This document shows, one piece after another, positions 24,804-38,099 of a stretch of DNA of 64,000 bases (positions within the stretch are counted from its first letter, which is position 1; each line of letters opens with the position of its first letter). This stretch comes from Octopus sinensis (taxonomy: Eukaryota): contig NC_042999.1 of assembly GCF_006345805.1 (NCBI RefSeq), positions 131,068,001-131,132,000 on the forward strand. Direction: 5' to 3'. The notes beneath the pieces were generated by a model. That model ran no database searches. It was not told the DNA's origin and saw only the letters and a program-made list of their open reading frames with translations. Position numbers and translations under genes: made by a program.

Positions 24804-25088
24804 TACTAATTGGATTTAATAAAAAATTGATTTGTCCCAAGTAAACTATAAACTGAAAACATTATTCTCCCATGCTACAAAAATTTGTGGACATGAGCCA
24901 ATGGTAGAATTCAATAGTCCAAGTGTAAATGAAGCAGATAGCTGAATGAATAGGATCTTCAGTTACCAACTGAATACTCTGTGGTTTGAACCATATCCGT
25001 GGTATGAGCTTATGGCAAAATACTTAACTCTTTACAACTCATCTTTTGTAGGTAGGATGTTGCATAAATTGCTGTGAGCAGCATCATA

Positions 25089-26345
25089 TTAACCCTTTCA
25101 CTGTGAGGTAAATATCATGGTTATTCCTGTAATGATGTTAAATATCTATATATATAAAACTCAACTTGTGTGTCTGTGTGTTTAACTTCCTGGCACATCT
25201 CCTAGCCAACAAATCGTAGAACCACCAAAAATGGGTCACTTAAAGTTTAGGCGAATAAAAATTGAACTGCGCTATTTCTGTTCCGAAATTCATCTCGCAA
25301 GTGCAAAAATCGATAATGTGTTTGTTTAGGCCTTATCCCATGCATTGAATAGTGAACTTTACTCAGTCAGCTGTTTGATGTGAACTGTGTTCACCACACG
25401 TGCAAGCATGCGTAAATTGCATGAAAAATAAAAAATCAAGATATAAAAACGAATCGCCATAAACATTGTAGAAATTCGACAAAGAAATGAATTTTCAGGA
25501 TGTAGCCTGGAGGGTTTTTTTTGTATTAATCGTTTGGACTTTGTGAACACATACCAATTGTTTTCATAACATTTTTAACGCTTTGAATTAAATGTGACCA
25601 TTTTGCATTGAGTCTGCAGTTTGAATCACTTTAACCAAATTTTAGCAGGCCGGATTTTTGATCATCACGATACATCGCCAGCGACTCCCTGAAACATTCC
25701 CCTGAAATCCCCGTTGAGAAATCTATAAATATAAAACCCAACTTGTGTATCTGTGTGTTTAACTTTTGGATCTACCAAGTTTCATTATTAAGGATGGAAA
25801 GTAGTGTGTAGCAAATCTATATATATAAAGCTGAAATTGTCTGTGTGTGGCAGGTTTGGTAGCCTTCAACTAATACTATCTCCTTTGAGACCCTGCAGCA
25901 CAAGTTGACCAAAATTGAGAGTATGATAGAAGAAGGCTTGCTCTTCATTCTGTAGAAGATAAAATTCAAATCGGACCATGTTAACACCAAAAATTATTTA
26001 CATCAAAAAGGTGCTTTTTTTCTATGAAAATCCCTATTTTTTACGATTTTTGACTGCTGTGTCACTATTTTTCGGTGTATTTCAACTGGAAAAATGTTCA
26101 CTTGAAGAGAATAACAAGTTGTATAATTACTTTTCAAAAATTCCAATTCTAAAGGGTTGAAACAAACCCAAGCAACACCGAGTGATACTGCTAGTCTACT
26201 ATGAAAACAGAATTGGTATTCTCTGCAAGTCACACTGCCTCAACAGAAAATAGTTTCAAATGTGATATTCTTCAACAAAAAATGGATTAGTATTTAAAAC
26301 TACTTTTGGCAGTTAAAGGTAATGAAATTTGAGTAAAAGGGTTAA
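25089..26345. mobile_element. piggyBac-type TTAA MITE shell with nested Helitron-like pieces
   Basis: TTAACCCTTT at 25089 and AAAGGGTTAA at ~26336-26345. Confidence 0.45.
25816..26194 (+). mobile_element. Non-autonomous Helitron-like element
   Basis: 5' TCTATATATATAAAG, 3' ...CTGCTAG, inserted between A and T; related 5' ends at 25145 and 25722. Confidence 0.65.
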
Positions 26346-26619
26346 AATTGACAAATGCATTATTAACTTATAGCATTAAGTTCAACTCTTCCATTAGGTT
26401 TATAATTTTAAGTGGGATGGTCTCTGTTAAGCTGACTTACCTTTCATACACAATGTGAAAAAATTTTCGGTTGTGTTTCAGCAAGTGATGAAATCCCCAT
26501 TTGAAATATCAGTCATGAATTGAAGATTGTTTTGCGAAACTATTATAATTAAGGCAAAGGTAGTAAATTTTAACAAAAATATTTTCATCATAACCGTAAT
26601 AATCATAAATATTAGAATC

Positions 26620-26830
26620 TTTTAGCATTTAATCTGGCCATATCCAAACTGTTTTATGGTAAAACTGACTAGAGCCAACCTCTCAAACCTACTCTACAAT
26701 TTCAGTGCATAAATATACGATTACATTATTGAAAGCTTGAAACTACAAAATAATGCATGATTAATGCAAAAAAAAAATGTAAATAAATAAGCAATACATT
26801 TGAGAAGAAATCTGAATGCTAAAGGGTTAA
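26620..26830. mobile_element. piggyBac-type MITE
   Basis: TTTAGCATTTAA...AATGCTAAAGGGTTAA; homologous to 8539-8767. Confidence 0.7.
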
Positions 26831-27658
26831 TTGTTCACAGAGACAAAACAGATTATTATAAGTTTTTAAAAATAACTATTGATAACTATCAAATATTTTG
26901 ATAGGCATAATTATTCGGGGATATAAGACACTTTTAATAAATTGAAATATCACAGCAGCTGATTACAAAAGTTATATATTTAGTGATAACTATAACTATT
27001 ACGTAGAGTTGTCTCCCTTAGCCCTATTCGCTCCAAACAAAAACCGAATTGGTATACCATGAGAAATTTAAATCTTTGGGTGGGGTACAGGTTTTTTTAT
27101 TTTTCTTCCTTTCTTTTTCCTTTTTTTTTTGTTAATATTTCTTATCTCTTCCCACTCATATATAGATCGTCAATAGCCTACCCACTCTAGTGACTATCCT
27201 TATTTCCCAAATAAATTCTTAACATATTACTAATCACCTTAGCCACTTTAGAATTATATTATAGGTTTGTTGTGTTTATATGAATATATTTGTGGCATAT
27301 GGCCTATAGTAACGGAAATATATATGTATGTATGTATGTACTCTTTGGCTTTTAATTATTTGATGACTTCCTATTAGAAAGGTGCTATTTTTTTTTTAAC
27401 AAAGCTACAAAGCTCTGTGTTTGAAATGTAAATAACAAAAGTAATGTCACATTTTGAACTTGAGAAAACGGTTCTGCTTACAGAATATGTCAACTGGTTG
27501 ATTTCCGTTTTTAAAAACTAACTTTTCCACATTGTCATTTAGACCTTTACTCACAAAAGCAAGTGCACTAATTATTTTTGGTATAAGTGTTAATTAATAA
27601 TCTAGGCTTAGAATCTGATGTATTCATTTATGTATGTGTGTGTATGTATGCATGTAAT

Positions 27659-27699
<41 letters not shown>

Positions 27700-27714
27700 A
27701 ACTACTAAGTTCTG

Positions 27715-27775
27715 AGAGGGGGGTAAACACAACACCGGTTGTCAAGCAATGGTGGGGACATTCTCAGACACAAAG

Positions 27776-27808
<33 letters not shown>

Positions 27809-27960
27809 TACAGCAGGCTTCTTTCAGTTTCTGTCAACCAAATCCACTCACAAAGTTTGGTAGTTCCGAGGCTATAGTTGAAGACACGTGCCTAAGGTAC
27901 CATGCAGTGGGACTGAACCCAGAACCATGTTGTTGGAAAGCAAACTTCTTACTACATGGC
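27715..27960 (-). mobile_element. SINE family A
   Basis: CAGGCTTCTTTCAGTTTCTGTCAACCAAATCCACTCACAA...GTGGGACTGAACCCAGAACCATG. Confidence 0.8.
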
Positions 27961-28056
27961 CAATGCCAGCAGGTTTCATTTGGAGAATATTTAAACACCA
28001 AATGCAGTGTTGAGCACACATTCTCACTGTTTGATGTTTGTGTGTGTGTGTGTATA

Positions 28057-28485
28057 TCATCATCATCATCATCATCATCATCGTCGTTTAACGTCCGTTC
28101 TCCATGCTAGCATTGGTTGGACGGTTCGACCGGGGATCTGGGAAGCCAGAAGGCTGCACCAGGCTCCAGTCTTATCTGGCAATGTTTCTACAGCTGGATG
28201 CCCTTCCTAACGCCAACCACTCCGTGAGTGTAGTGGGTGCTTTTTACGTGCCACCTGCACAGGTGCCAGGCAAGGCTGGCAACAGCCACTGTCGGATTGG
28301 TGTATTTTATGTGCCACCGGCACGGAAGCCAGTCGAGGCGGCGCTGGCATTGGCCACGAGTCGGATAGTGCTTTTTACGTACCACCAGATCAGTGATCCT
28401 GGCTGGTTCAATTCGATTTCGATTTCGATTTCTCTTGCCCCAACATGTCTTTGCAAGCAAAGGGGGTTGGCATGGGTGTCTGTCG
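28057..28485 (-). mobile_element. RTE LINE 3' UTR fragment with (GAT)n tail
   Basis: Matches the 3' UTR of 39413-40233 (GGATGCCCTTCCTA..GCCAACCACTCCGTGAGTG). Confidence 0.8.
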
Positions 28486-29209
28486 TACATATATATATAT
28501 ATTCCATTATTGTTAGTCCAATAAAATATTCTATTTCACCTATGGCTCCTGATGAGCCACAAGCAAAACAATATATTCTATCAAACTAATGATTATGGAT
28601 TAAATAATTTAATTACATGCAAACTTATCTTTGAGTATTTAATACTTAGCGGCCACATATATCTTCTTTATGAACTTGTCACCCACTGGAATGTGTGTGT
28701 GTGTGTGTGCATGCGAGCATGTGTGTATTTGGAAAAAGAAAAGTTAAATACAGATAGCATCTAACAATGCAGAAAGTGATAGGAAAGCTTTTATATTTCA
28801 GGCACAAAAGCCTATCTTCAGACGGAAGCAGTCCAACAAAACTTTCTGCATTGTGAGAAATTTTCTTTATTTCCCTTTCCTTTTCTACATCTGTACCGCA
28901 ACACTCTTATGTGTGTGTGTGTACACTGGTTATATAACTAGTATGTTTTACAACTCTTATATGTTTGCATGAAGTTCTATTACTTGATGAGGTGTTTTCT
29001 GCAATATTAAATATCACTAGCTTCTAGTGATTTAACAAATCTGATTTTTTTTTGTTTAGTTGTTTTTTTTCCTACAAGAAGAAACAGTGTCCATACACTT
29101 TGCCAGTCCTTCTAAATTTATTTAAGAAACTTAATTGTATTTTTGATAATGTAAATAACCATATACAAAAACATTTTATTTTTTTAAAGTTTTTATAATT
29201 TATTATCAT

Positions 29210-29600
29210 AGGTGCAGGTGTGGCTGTGTGATAAGAAGTTTGCTTCCCAACCACATGGTTCTGAGTTCAGTCCCACTGTGTGTCATCTTGTGCAGATGTC
29301 TTCCATTATAGCCACAGCCCGACCAAAGTCTTGTGAGTGGATTTGGTAGACAAAAACTGAGGGAAGCCCATCATGTATATATGTGTGTATGTATGTGTGT
29401 GTGTGTGCTTGGGTATGTGTGCATCCTTGACAACCGATTGTTGGTGTGTTTACATCCCTGTAACTTAGTGGTTCAGCTAAAGTGACTGATACAATAAGTA
29501 CTTCAGAAAAAGTGAATACTGGGGTCGATTCATTCAACTAAAATTCCTCAAGGTGGTGCTGCAGCATGGCCTCAGTCTAATAACTGAAACAAACAAAAAA
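29210..29600 (+). mobile_element. SINE family A, full length
   Basis: Collinear with 1146-1530 and 54730-55110. Confidence 0.85.
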
Positions 29601-29723
29601 AAAAGAAATATATTTTTCAAACATTGGTACAGTCTTTCATCATGCATGTCTATAGAAAAAAGTTACACCATGTTATGTTCTCCTGGGTGCAACCTTGAAT
29701 AAGGTAATATGGAGGTCTGGCAG

Positions 29724-29731
29724 TAAGTCCC

Positions 29732-29806
<75 letters not shown>

Positions 29807-29838
29807 CTCTCCTTCCTCTCTTCCCCTCTCTCTCTCTC

Positions 29839-29887
<49 letters not shown>

Positions 29888-29923
29888 CTTCCTCTCTTCC
29901 CCTCTCTCTCTCCTTCCTCTCTT

Positions 29924-29968
<45 letters not shown>
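29724..29968. repeat. Imperfect (CT)n polypyrimidine tract, ~245 bp
   Basis: Direct reading. Confidence 0.95.
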
Positions 29969-29969
<1 letters not shown>

Positions 29970-31497
29970 ATGTTAGAATGGTCCAAAGTAAAGAAAATCA
30001 CCAACTGAGATTGGTGCCTATACTGCAACAGGAATTATTAGACAAACAGAATTGTGTAATATGTGCCATACATTAAGACTGTCTCTGAGTCAAAGACTGA
30101 ATATCTTTGAAAGTACATTTCTGATAAATAAATCCTGTTAATTTTTTTTCTATTTGGACTTCATATGAATCAAAACAGCTTTCCCAGTGAAATAGAAGGA
30201 AAAATTTGCAAGTGGAAGGTGTCAACTGACTGATCTTTTGAAGTAGAACATAGTTGTTTTTATTGTTGTTGATGACTATTAATATACCAATCACTGAAAA
30301 TAATATTCTTGGTAATAATTTGATCATTACCTAGATGTGAATAACAGAATAATAATAAAGCTCTTTTGAAATTTGGCTACCAATGTAGCATATACCTGAA
30401 AAAAAAAATTATGTCATCATTCTATTATTTGTAATTTTCATCTTCATCATAATCGTCCTTGTTGTTGTCACCATCATCATCATCAGCAGCAGCAGCAACA
30501 TTTTAATGTCCACGTTCCCATGCAAGATGGAAAAGTGGATGTTGAAATGATGATAGTCGGATGGAAATTATAGAAACAGATTTTCTATGGCTTGGTTTCA
30601 AGCAAGGTAATATTTCCCTATGGCTAGACATGTTTTTATAGAATATTAGAAATAAATGCCGTTCATTTACAAGAATTATGCAATGTCAAAACAAGAAGAC
30701 ACTCAGACACAAATACACACACACACTCCACAACATGAAAGAACCCATCATGTTGTGGGTGTATGTGTGTGTATGTAAAGTCATAAATGATAGAGAAATA
30801 GATTTCTTTTTTTTATATATAAATAATTTATATTATATTTAGTAATAAATAAATTACTTACATGTTTACATTTTTGCAAAATGCAAAAAATCTTCCAAAA
30901 TAATGCAGAATTTTTTGCATTTTGCATTAATGCAGACATGTAATTTATTTATTATTAAATATATTAATATAAATTAATTACATGTTTTTAAGTTACGAAA
31001 CAATTTGTCACAATATTTGAATTTTCTTATTGTTAAATAAAATTTCATCAAACTATTTCTCTGTCATTAATGACTTTATATACTCTTTATCATTTTCTCT
31101 TGTATTATATTATATATTCTATGTTTTGTAGAATGATACATTAAGGAGCTTTTTTTATGAGTACTACTGGATTACTGGAATCCATAAATTGTGACATACA
31201 TGTACATGTATGTATGTATGTATATATATATATATATATATATAGTAGAAATATGTTACAAAAAGAAAATATAAAATACACGTGGAAATGTAAGGGTAAA
31301 ATACAAAAATCAATGAAAATGCACATTGTAAATAAAAAAAGGCTTTTTATGACAGGTAACGACAAATATATATATTCAGATTGACTGAGGTAGTAATAAA
31401 AGTCATTATTATGAGATGATTATAAAGTCAGAAAACAAAGCGTACCATGGTTTCCGCAAAGCTATTCATTGCTTTGAAAACACCGGCTAATACACCG

Positions 31498-31544
<47 letters not shown>

Positions 31545-31710
31545 ACATGATGGGTTCTCTCAGTTTCTATCTACCTAATCCACTCCCAAGGCTTTGGTCA
31601 TCCTGGAACTGTTAACAGAAGACATTTGCTCAAGCTACACACTGAGACTAAACTCAAAACCATGTGGTTGGGAAGCAAACTTCTTAACCACACACCCATG
31701 TTCATACCTA
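31545..31710 (-). mobile_element. SINE family A, 5' part
   Basis: CAGTTTCTATCTACCTAATCCACTC...AACCATGTGGTTGGGAAGCAAACTTCTTAACC. Confidence 0.75.
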
Positions 31711-34145
31711 TATGAATGTAAATAGACAGAGTCATAGCATTTGATAAAATGCCTTATAGTGTTTGTTCCAGCTATCTGTGGCTTTGATTCTTTGAGCAAA
31801 GCATTGTATTTCACATTACTTATTTCTTGAGCAAATGCATGTGTGTCTGTGTGTGCATATTCCTCTGAACCATACTTTGAGTTGGTGTAATGTGGCACAT
31901 TCACCTGTAGTCCCTGGATAAACTTTACTGGGTTCAGTCTTGTTTAAGCATTGGAACTAAGTGGAAATATGGTCAGTGATGCAGTTGTCATTCATCTTTC
32001 AGAGATCTATGATCAAAGATATTTTATCTGAGAGCATTTCATTTACATTGTTTTTTTAAGCATCATGTACCTTAGACTATATTATCCAATGTGTTGTTTT
32101 TTTTTTTTTTTTGAGGCAGGAGGGCGGGATTTACCTGTCATTTCTAGAAGGTAGAGTGAGCAATTATAGGCTCCATTGTTACTACTGATGTCTGAAAACT
32201 GCTATGGCCAAGTGGGTAAGAGGCAACAGACAGAGGTCATTGCTTTATTTTCTGTTGCAGGTGTCTAATTGTATATATCTATCGTTACTTTTCATAAAAA
32301 AAGGCTATTATTTTTTCTTGATTTCCAATGTGCATTTTCGCTTATTTTTCTTTTTACTTTACCCTTTCATTTCCATGTGTAGTTTCTATTTTCTTTTTGT
32401 AACATACTTCTATTATATATACATGTATATATTTAACAGCAAAGGATCAAGTTCTTATTAACTGTAGATTTCTGGCTGGCTATCTTAATATGACACTTGA
32501 TTTGTGATTGTTTTGGCAGAAATCCAGCATTTTGGTTGGTTGACTTCTTGGTGATGTCATTTGTTTGTCTAATGTTTTTATCTCTTGTTTTTGACCCAGT
32601 GCTCTGACTGATTGATTTTCTGCTTATGTCTTTTGTTGTTGTCAAAAACTTGGTAGCTTGTTTTTGTCTGACGATTATCCAGTGGCCAGTTAGTTGATTC
32701 CCTTATGAAGCCACTGGTTCAGTCAGCTCAATGTTTATTTGTTTTCCCTGATTAGGTAACTTGTTTTGTTTGAGGGTCATCCAGCATTCAAGTTGGTTGA
32801 TTCCCTTAAGAAGTCACGAGTTCAGTAGGCTCAAAGTTTATTTGCTTTTCACTGAGGCTCTGGATTTGATCCAAAACTAATCACACTAGTTCAGCATAGG
32901 GTGACATAAGCAACTGGTGTTTGAGAAGGTGCAAGGTGTTATTGTACAACAGTTTGGAGTTAAGGTTTTGAATCTCTGAGGTAGGCCGTTACTTAAACTT
33001 TTGATTTATATCTGTTGTCTCAGCTCAATTTTCATGAATAAATTGAGTTTTCTCATTCTGGTGTGTTGTTATAGGATATTCAGTTGTTGTTTCTTAATAA
33101 ACATATTTTTCTTAAGCTGAAGTGTTTCTGGTGCATTGATAGAGAGTCTGTTGAAGGATCACTCATTTTTGCCAGCAGAATATAAAATGAATTGGTTTAT
33201 TCAAGAACATAACAAATTACCCAGTCCAGGAATCAAAACCTCAATTGTGTGTGTGTATGTGTGTGTGTGTGCATTTGTATTTATGTGGTGTTTTCTCTTT
33301 CCCACTCTTTGATGACTGATGTTGGTTTGTTTACATCTCTGTAACTCAGCAGTTTGGCAAAAAAAAAATAATAACTGGCAGCAATTTGTTCAACTAAGAC
33401 TCCTCCAGGTTATGTCCCAGTACAGTCACGATCCAGTGACTGAAACAAGTAAAAGAAAGATAAAAGATTGTAGATTAGCAGAGTTGTTAATATGTTCAGC
33501 AAGAAGTTTCATGGCCTTTGCTCTAGTTCTTTGCATTCTGGGTTCAAATTCTGCTTCATGATTGAAACCCTGTTAATGGCCAGGCTAAAACATTCAGCCA
33601 TGAAACTGAGACCACTTTTGGTTATGGAAGTTAAAATGAGTGGAGAAGGAATGAAACCATCTGCTATGAGGTCAAGAGAAATTTAAGTAATGAATGTGAG
33701 TTGGGAAAATGTTATAGTAATAATGTAACACTTGAATGCATTGAATAATTTCAAAACTGTTCAGTTTGCAGGCTGTTACATGTAAATATTTCCCTTTGTT
33801 TACTTATGAAGAAACTAAATTTTATATTTTATAATATCACAGTGCAAAATTGTTCACAAGCACTAAAAAAATTCAATAAAATAATATTGACTAAGTAAGG
33901 TGGTATCACATATTCAGTACATATGAACAGAGTAGTTCAGTGGCAGAAAGGGCATTGGGATTAATAGTATTTATATTTATTCTCCTTTTTATTTGTACTC
34001 CTTTATTCTGAATTAAAATTCTACTGAGTCAGCTTTGCCTTTCATCCCTCCAAAGACAATAAATTATGTACTACACATGTATTGTGGGTGATTCAACCGG
34101 ATATATTTTTCTCAGTACACTGAATTTGTGTTAATGTTTGAAATA

Positions 34146-34208
34146 ACACACACACACACACATACATATGTATATATGTATGTGTATATATGTATATGTA
34201 TTATATAT

Positions 34209-34250
<42 letters not shown>

Positions 34251-34258
34251 ATATACAT

Positions 34259-34313
<55 letters not shown>

Positions 34314-34383
34314 ATATATACTATATATATATATATATATATAATTATATATATATAATATATATATAATTATATATATATAA

Positions 34384-34415
<32 letters not shown>

Positions 34416-34476
34416 CATACATATATATATATATATATATATGTGTATGTATGTATGTATATATATATATATATAC
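34146..34476. repeat. Compound (CA)n/(TA)n/(TACA)n microsatellite
   Basis: Direct reading. Confidence 0.95.
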
Positions 34477-35629
34477 ACTTGGTGTGGTTTTTGTCTTCTG
34501 ATAATACAGCCAGATGTTACAACTTTGAGGATACAAAAGTTGTAACACCTGGCCATGTTGTAAGAAGACAATACCAAGTATCCTATACTCTGTTTGTCCC
34601 TTTGAATTATTTCTTATTGAACACAACTATGATAATCTGCACACACACACATACATGATGAATTTTATTGTTGTGAGTGACAAATGAGTGTTCAGTAAAA
34701 TAAAGTGTTAATCATGTTCTATGGACATGAATATGTCTTTTGAGGTATGCTGGTGCCTTGCAAACTTTTTGGCAAATTGAACAAGTTGAGGGCTCAGTTT
34801 GCTTGAGTGCTTGTGGATCATTCACTGTGTGTTTTCTTGCTGCAAAACCACAATGACAGGTAAGGTTTTCATTCAGAGGAGCAGTATTTTGCTAGTGTGC
34901 CTTCATGCTTGATGAAGTTGGCCCCAATGTTGGAGTCAACTTTGTTCAAATCTTTGAACTGAGAAGCAGCAACACTGGCACCAGGTCCTGCATTCTAATG
35001 CTTTGTTTTCCCAAGAAGAAGAGGGAATGTTGCATCGATTCAGATTGTGTTTTAGTTTGCCCCTGAGGTGCAAGAGTGGCCTTCCAACTGCCCTTCTTGT
35101 TGAGAATTGGCTAAAGAGAAGTTGCTGGCCACAGCGTTGTAGTCTCTATTGCAGCTGTCCATGTCATGTCTTACAGTCTTTACAGTGTTCACAGAGCACT
35201 GAGTAACAGAGGCTGAATATTTTGCTATTTTCTACTGTCACCATAAGTTAATCTTCTCCCAATTTTTTTTTATTATTGGCTAATAAACTGACTCTCCAAA
35301 CACTGTTTACCTGTTTCTCACTTCTAAACTAGCCTTTATTCAACTATCATTGTCTATGTCTCAATGGACAGTTTGAACATTGCTTAATGAAGGCAACCAT
35401 GGTTATATTAACCTACTGTAGAACAAGCCTTCCTTGCAAATCCTTTAGTATTTCAAGTCAGCTTACTGGTTGGAGCTCCTCAGATGTTACACTGATTACT
35501 CCTAGCAGAAAATTTGCTTCAAGATTTCATTGTTTCCCAAACTCTTCCTACTCGCTACTACTTGTATTCCTCTTCTTATGCTGATGATACCATGCTTCAC
35601 TCTTCCTTAATCACCTATTTGCACACCAG

Positions 35630-35962
35630 ACAAAGTACCAGTGGATCTCTGGGATCGATGTAATCAACTTAACCCCTCCCCACGAACTTGCTGGCCATGT
35701 GCCCAAATTTGAAACCAATATTTGAACATTATTGGACTTGTACACATTTTAATATAACATACATAAAAAGGTAGCGAGCTGGCAAAATTTTTAGCATGTC
35801 AAAATGCTTAGTGACATTTCATTCATCATTACATTCTAAGTTCACATTCCTCTAAGACTTTGGGGTCAATAAAATGAGTACCAGTTGACCACTGGAATCA
35901 ATGTAATCGACTAACCTCCTCCCCAGAAATTGCTGGCCTTGTGCCAAAATTTGAAACCAATA
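35630..35962 (+). mobile_element. SINE family B (a 3' fragment followed by a near-complete copy)
   Basis: AAGGTAGCGAGCTGGCA head at ~35768; tail GGCC.TGTGCC.AAATTTGAAACCAATA occurs twice. Confidence 0.7.
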
Positions 35963-36368
35963 TAACATACATAAATAAATTTTGAAAACATTCATTCTTC
36001 ATTTCTAATTTATTTAATGTAAGCATTTAGTTATCATGCATAAGTTACTTTACAGAGAGAAAGACAATACTATTTTATCAGATATAAATTTAAGATGTGT
36101 GACAGCTAAGAGGTAGATCTAAATGTTAAGAATCAGTCCATGCATAGTCAATGTATTATTTTAAAAACAAATCTAGAAAGACATCTTAAAGAGGTAATTT
36201 TATTTACCCAAAGTATAAAAATATTAATCTATTTGAATTGATGTTAAATATTCATAAAACTGGGGGTAAATATCCTAGTAATTCTCCATTCTCATATGAT
36301 TGCGTTCCTATAAATATGTTCTTGTATGGATAGGAATATATGTATAAGAACTTAATAACACAGCCTGT

Positions 36369-36399
<31 letters not shown>

Positions 36400-37200
36400 G
36401 GATGCATAAGTTCTTTTTGGGGTCATTTGTTTTAATTTAGAAAAAGATGTATAGTTCATCATGGAAAAACTGGTTTTGAAAACAAATTGGTACAAATAAT
36501 CTGGAGAATTATTTGATCAGACCTATTCAATAAATCCACTGTTAGCATGAATGGTTGCTTCAGTACAGGATCAGAAACGTTGACATGCCCAGATCACATG
36601 ATCTTTATCAATTTTGGACTTAGTGCTTGTTATGGTGGACTTGAGAGGTTGTATAGTATTATGGGGGTGTTGATTGACCTCTCTCTTGATTGTGCCTCAT
36701 ACATAATAGTCCAGTGGATTGAGAAGTGGTGAGTTAGGAGGCCATGTGCCTAGAGGAATATGATCACGTAGATTGGTACTCATTCACACTTGAGTTATCT
36801 TAGTCTTATAAGACGGTGTAGAATCTTGTTGGACGATATACAGTACTCTGTGACATACTCTGTCTATCCAGGGTCTCACAACTTTCCCCAATATGTCTGT
36901 GTAGACAGCAGTATTGACTCTTTAACCCTGTGATAAAAAGTGAAGAGGCATGATACCTCCCTCGTTGCTCATGATTCCCAGAACCATCACATTTGCTGGG
37001 AAATTAGTATACATGACCAGTAGAACCTCACTTGGGTCTTTGCAAATTCATTCTGTTATTCCTTCACTTTACCTTTTGGCCTTGATCAAAGTTTTCTCAT
37101 CAGTGAAAAGTCAAAGCATTCCAAAAGGAAAATATAAAAACTTAGTTTATCAACACATTATAAATTGCCCCAAATAAAACAGAAATCTGGTCTAGTCAAG
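36400..37200 (-). mobile_element. Tc1/mariner transposase remnant
   Basis: Minus strand gives FTDEK, QQDSTPSIR-like and PNSPLLNPLDYYV motifs. Confidence 0.75.
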
Positions 37201-37309
37201 AGGCTTATCCCTCAGAGAGAACATGGTCTGACATGGAATAAAAAAATTGAAATAAAATTAAGGCGTTCTATTGTAGAAATTGCCCAGCAATGTTGGGATG
37301 CTCAGATAC

Positions 37310-37346
<37 letters not shown>

Positions 37347-38099
37347 GTACTTCTTACTGCACAGCCATGCCTGCACCTATGTTTGATAAGAATACATTTA
37401 ATTTTCCTTTGTAAATAGACACTGCATAGGGTTTTCCCTACAAGATGGACTGGAGACCAGCTTGACTAGTTTCATCTGGTTTTGATGGAATAAAACAGCT
37501 TATAGCTCCTAATTAAGATTACTTAGAAACATGCATTGATTTCAGTTATTTGCATTAGCAGCCTGTTACTTACGTAAAGTATCTGAACTGTGTTTGTATG
37601 GATAGGTTATAAATATGTTTATATGTATACCTTCAGTAAACATGCATTTAGCTTTGTTGAAACTAAATGTGTGCTTATTGAATTAGAGAGTAGAGTCTAT
37701 CTACACAACTGCCTCTGCTTACACTGATAAATTATACAATTGTTTGGCACCTATTTATAGCTAGATGAACAGGAAGTAAAATATTTTGGTCATGAAACAT
37801 TAATGCATAGCAGTATTAGTCACAGATATAATGTGCTGTATATTAATGCAAAAACTGCATATAAAAAAGGGATAAATGGTCCTTCTTGAGCCATAGGCTT
37901 ATAAGGCTGGTTTCTTCATTTTGGTAGCATATACACATACCTCCGCATCACAGGATTATTCATTTTTGCCAGTTGAGTGGACTGGAGCAACATGAAATGA
38001 GGTGTTTTGTTTAAGAACAAAACACATTGTCTAGTCCAAGAATTGAAACCACAAACTTATGATCATGAGTGCAAACATCTCCACAGGCATCACTCAGCA

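Noticed and set aside
28104-28589. 161-aa ORF and similar ORFs at 38787, 39464 and 45495
   Set aside because: They arise from GC-rich RTE 3' UTR repeats
29663-30028. RE-repeat and LS-repeat ORFs
   Set aside because: Translation of the (CT)n tract
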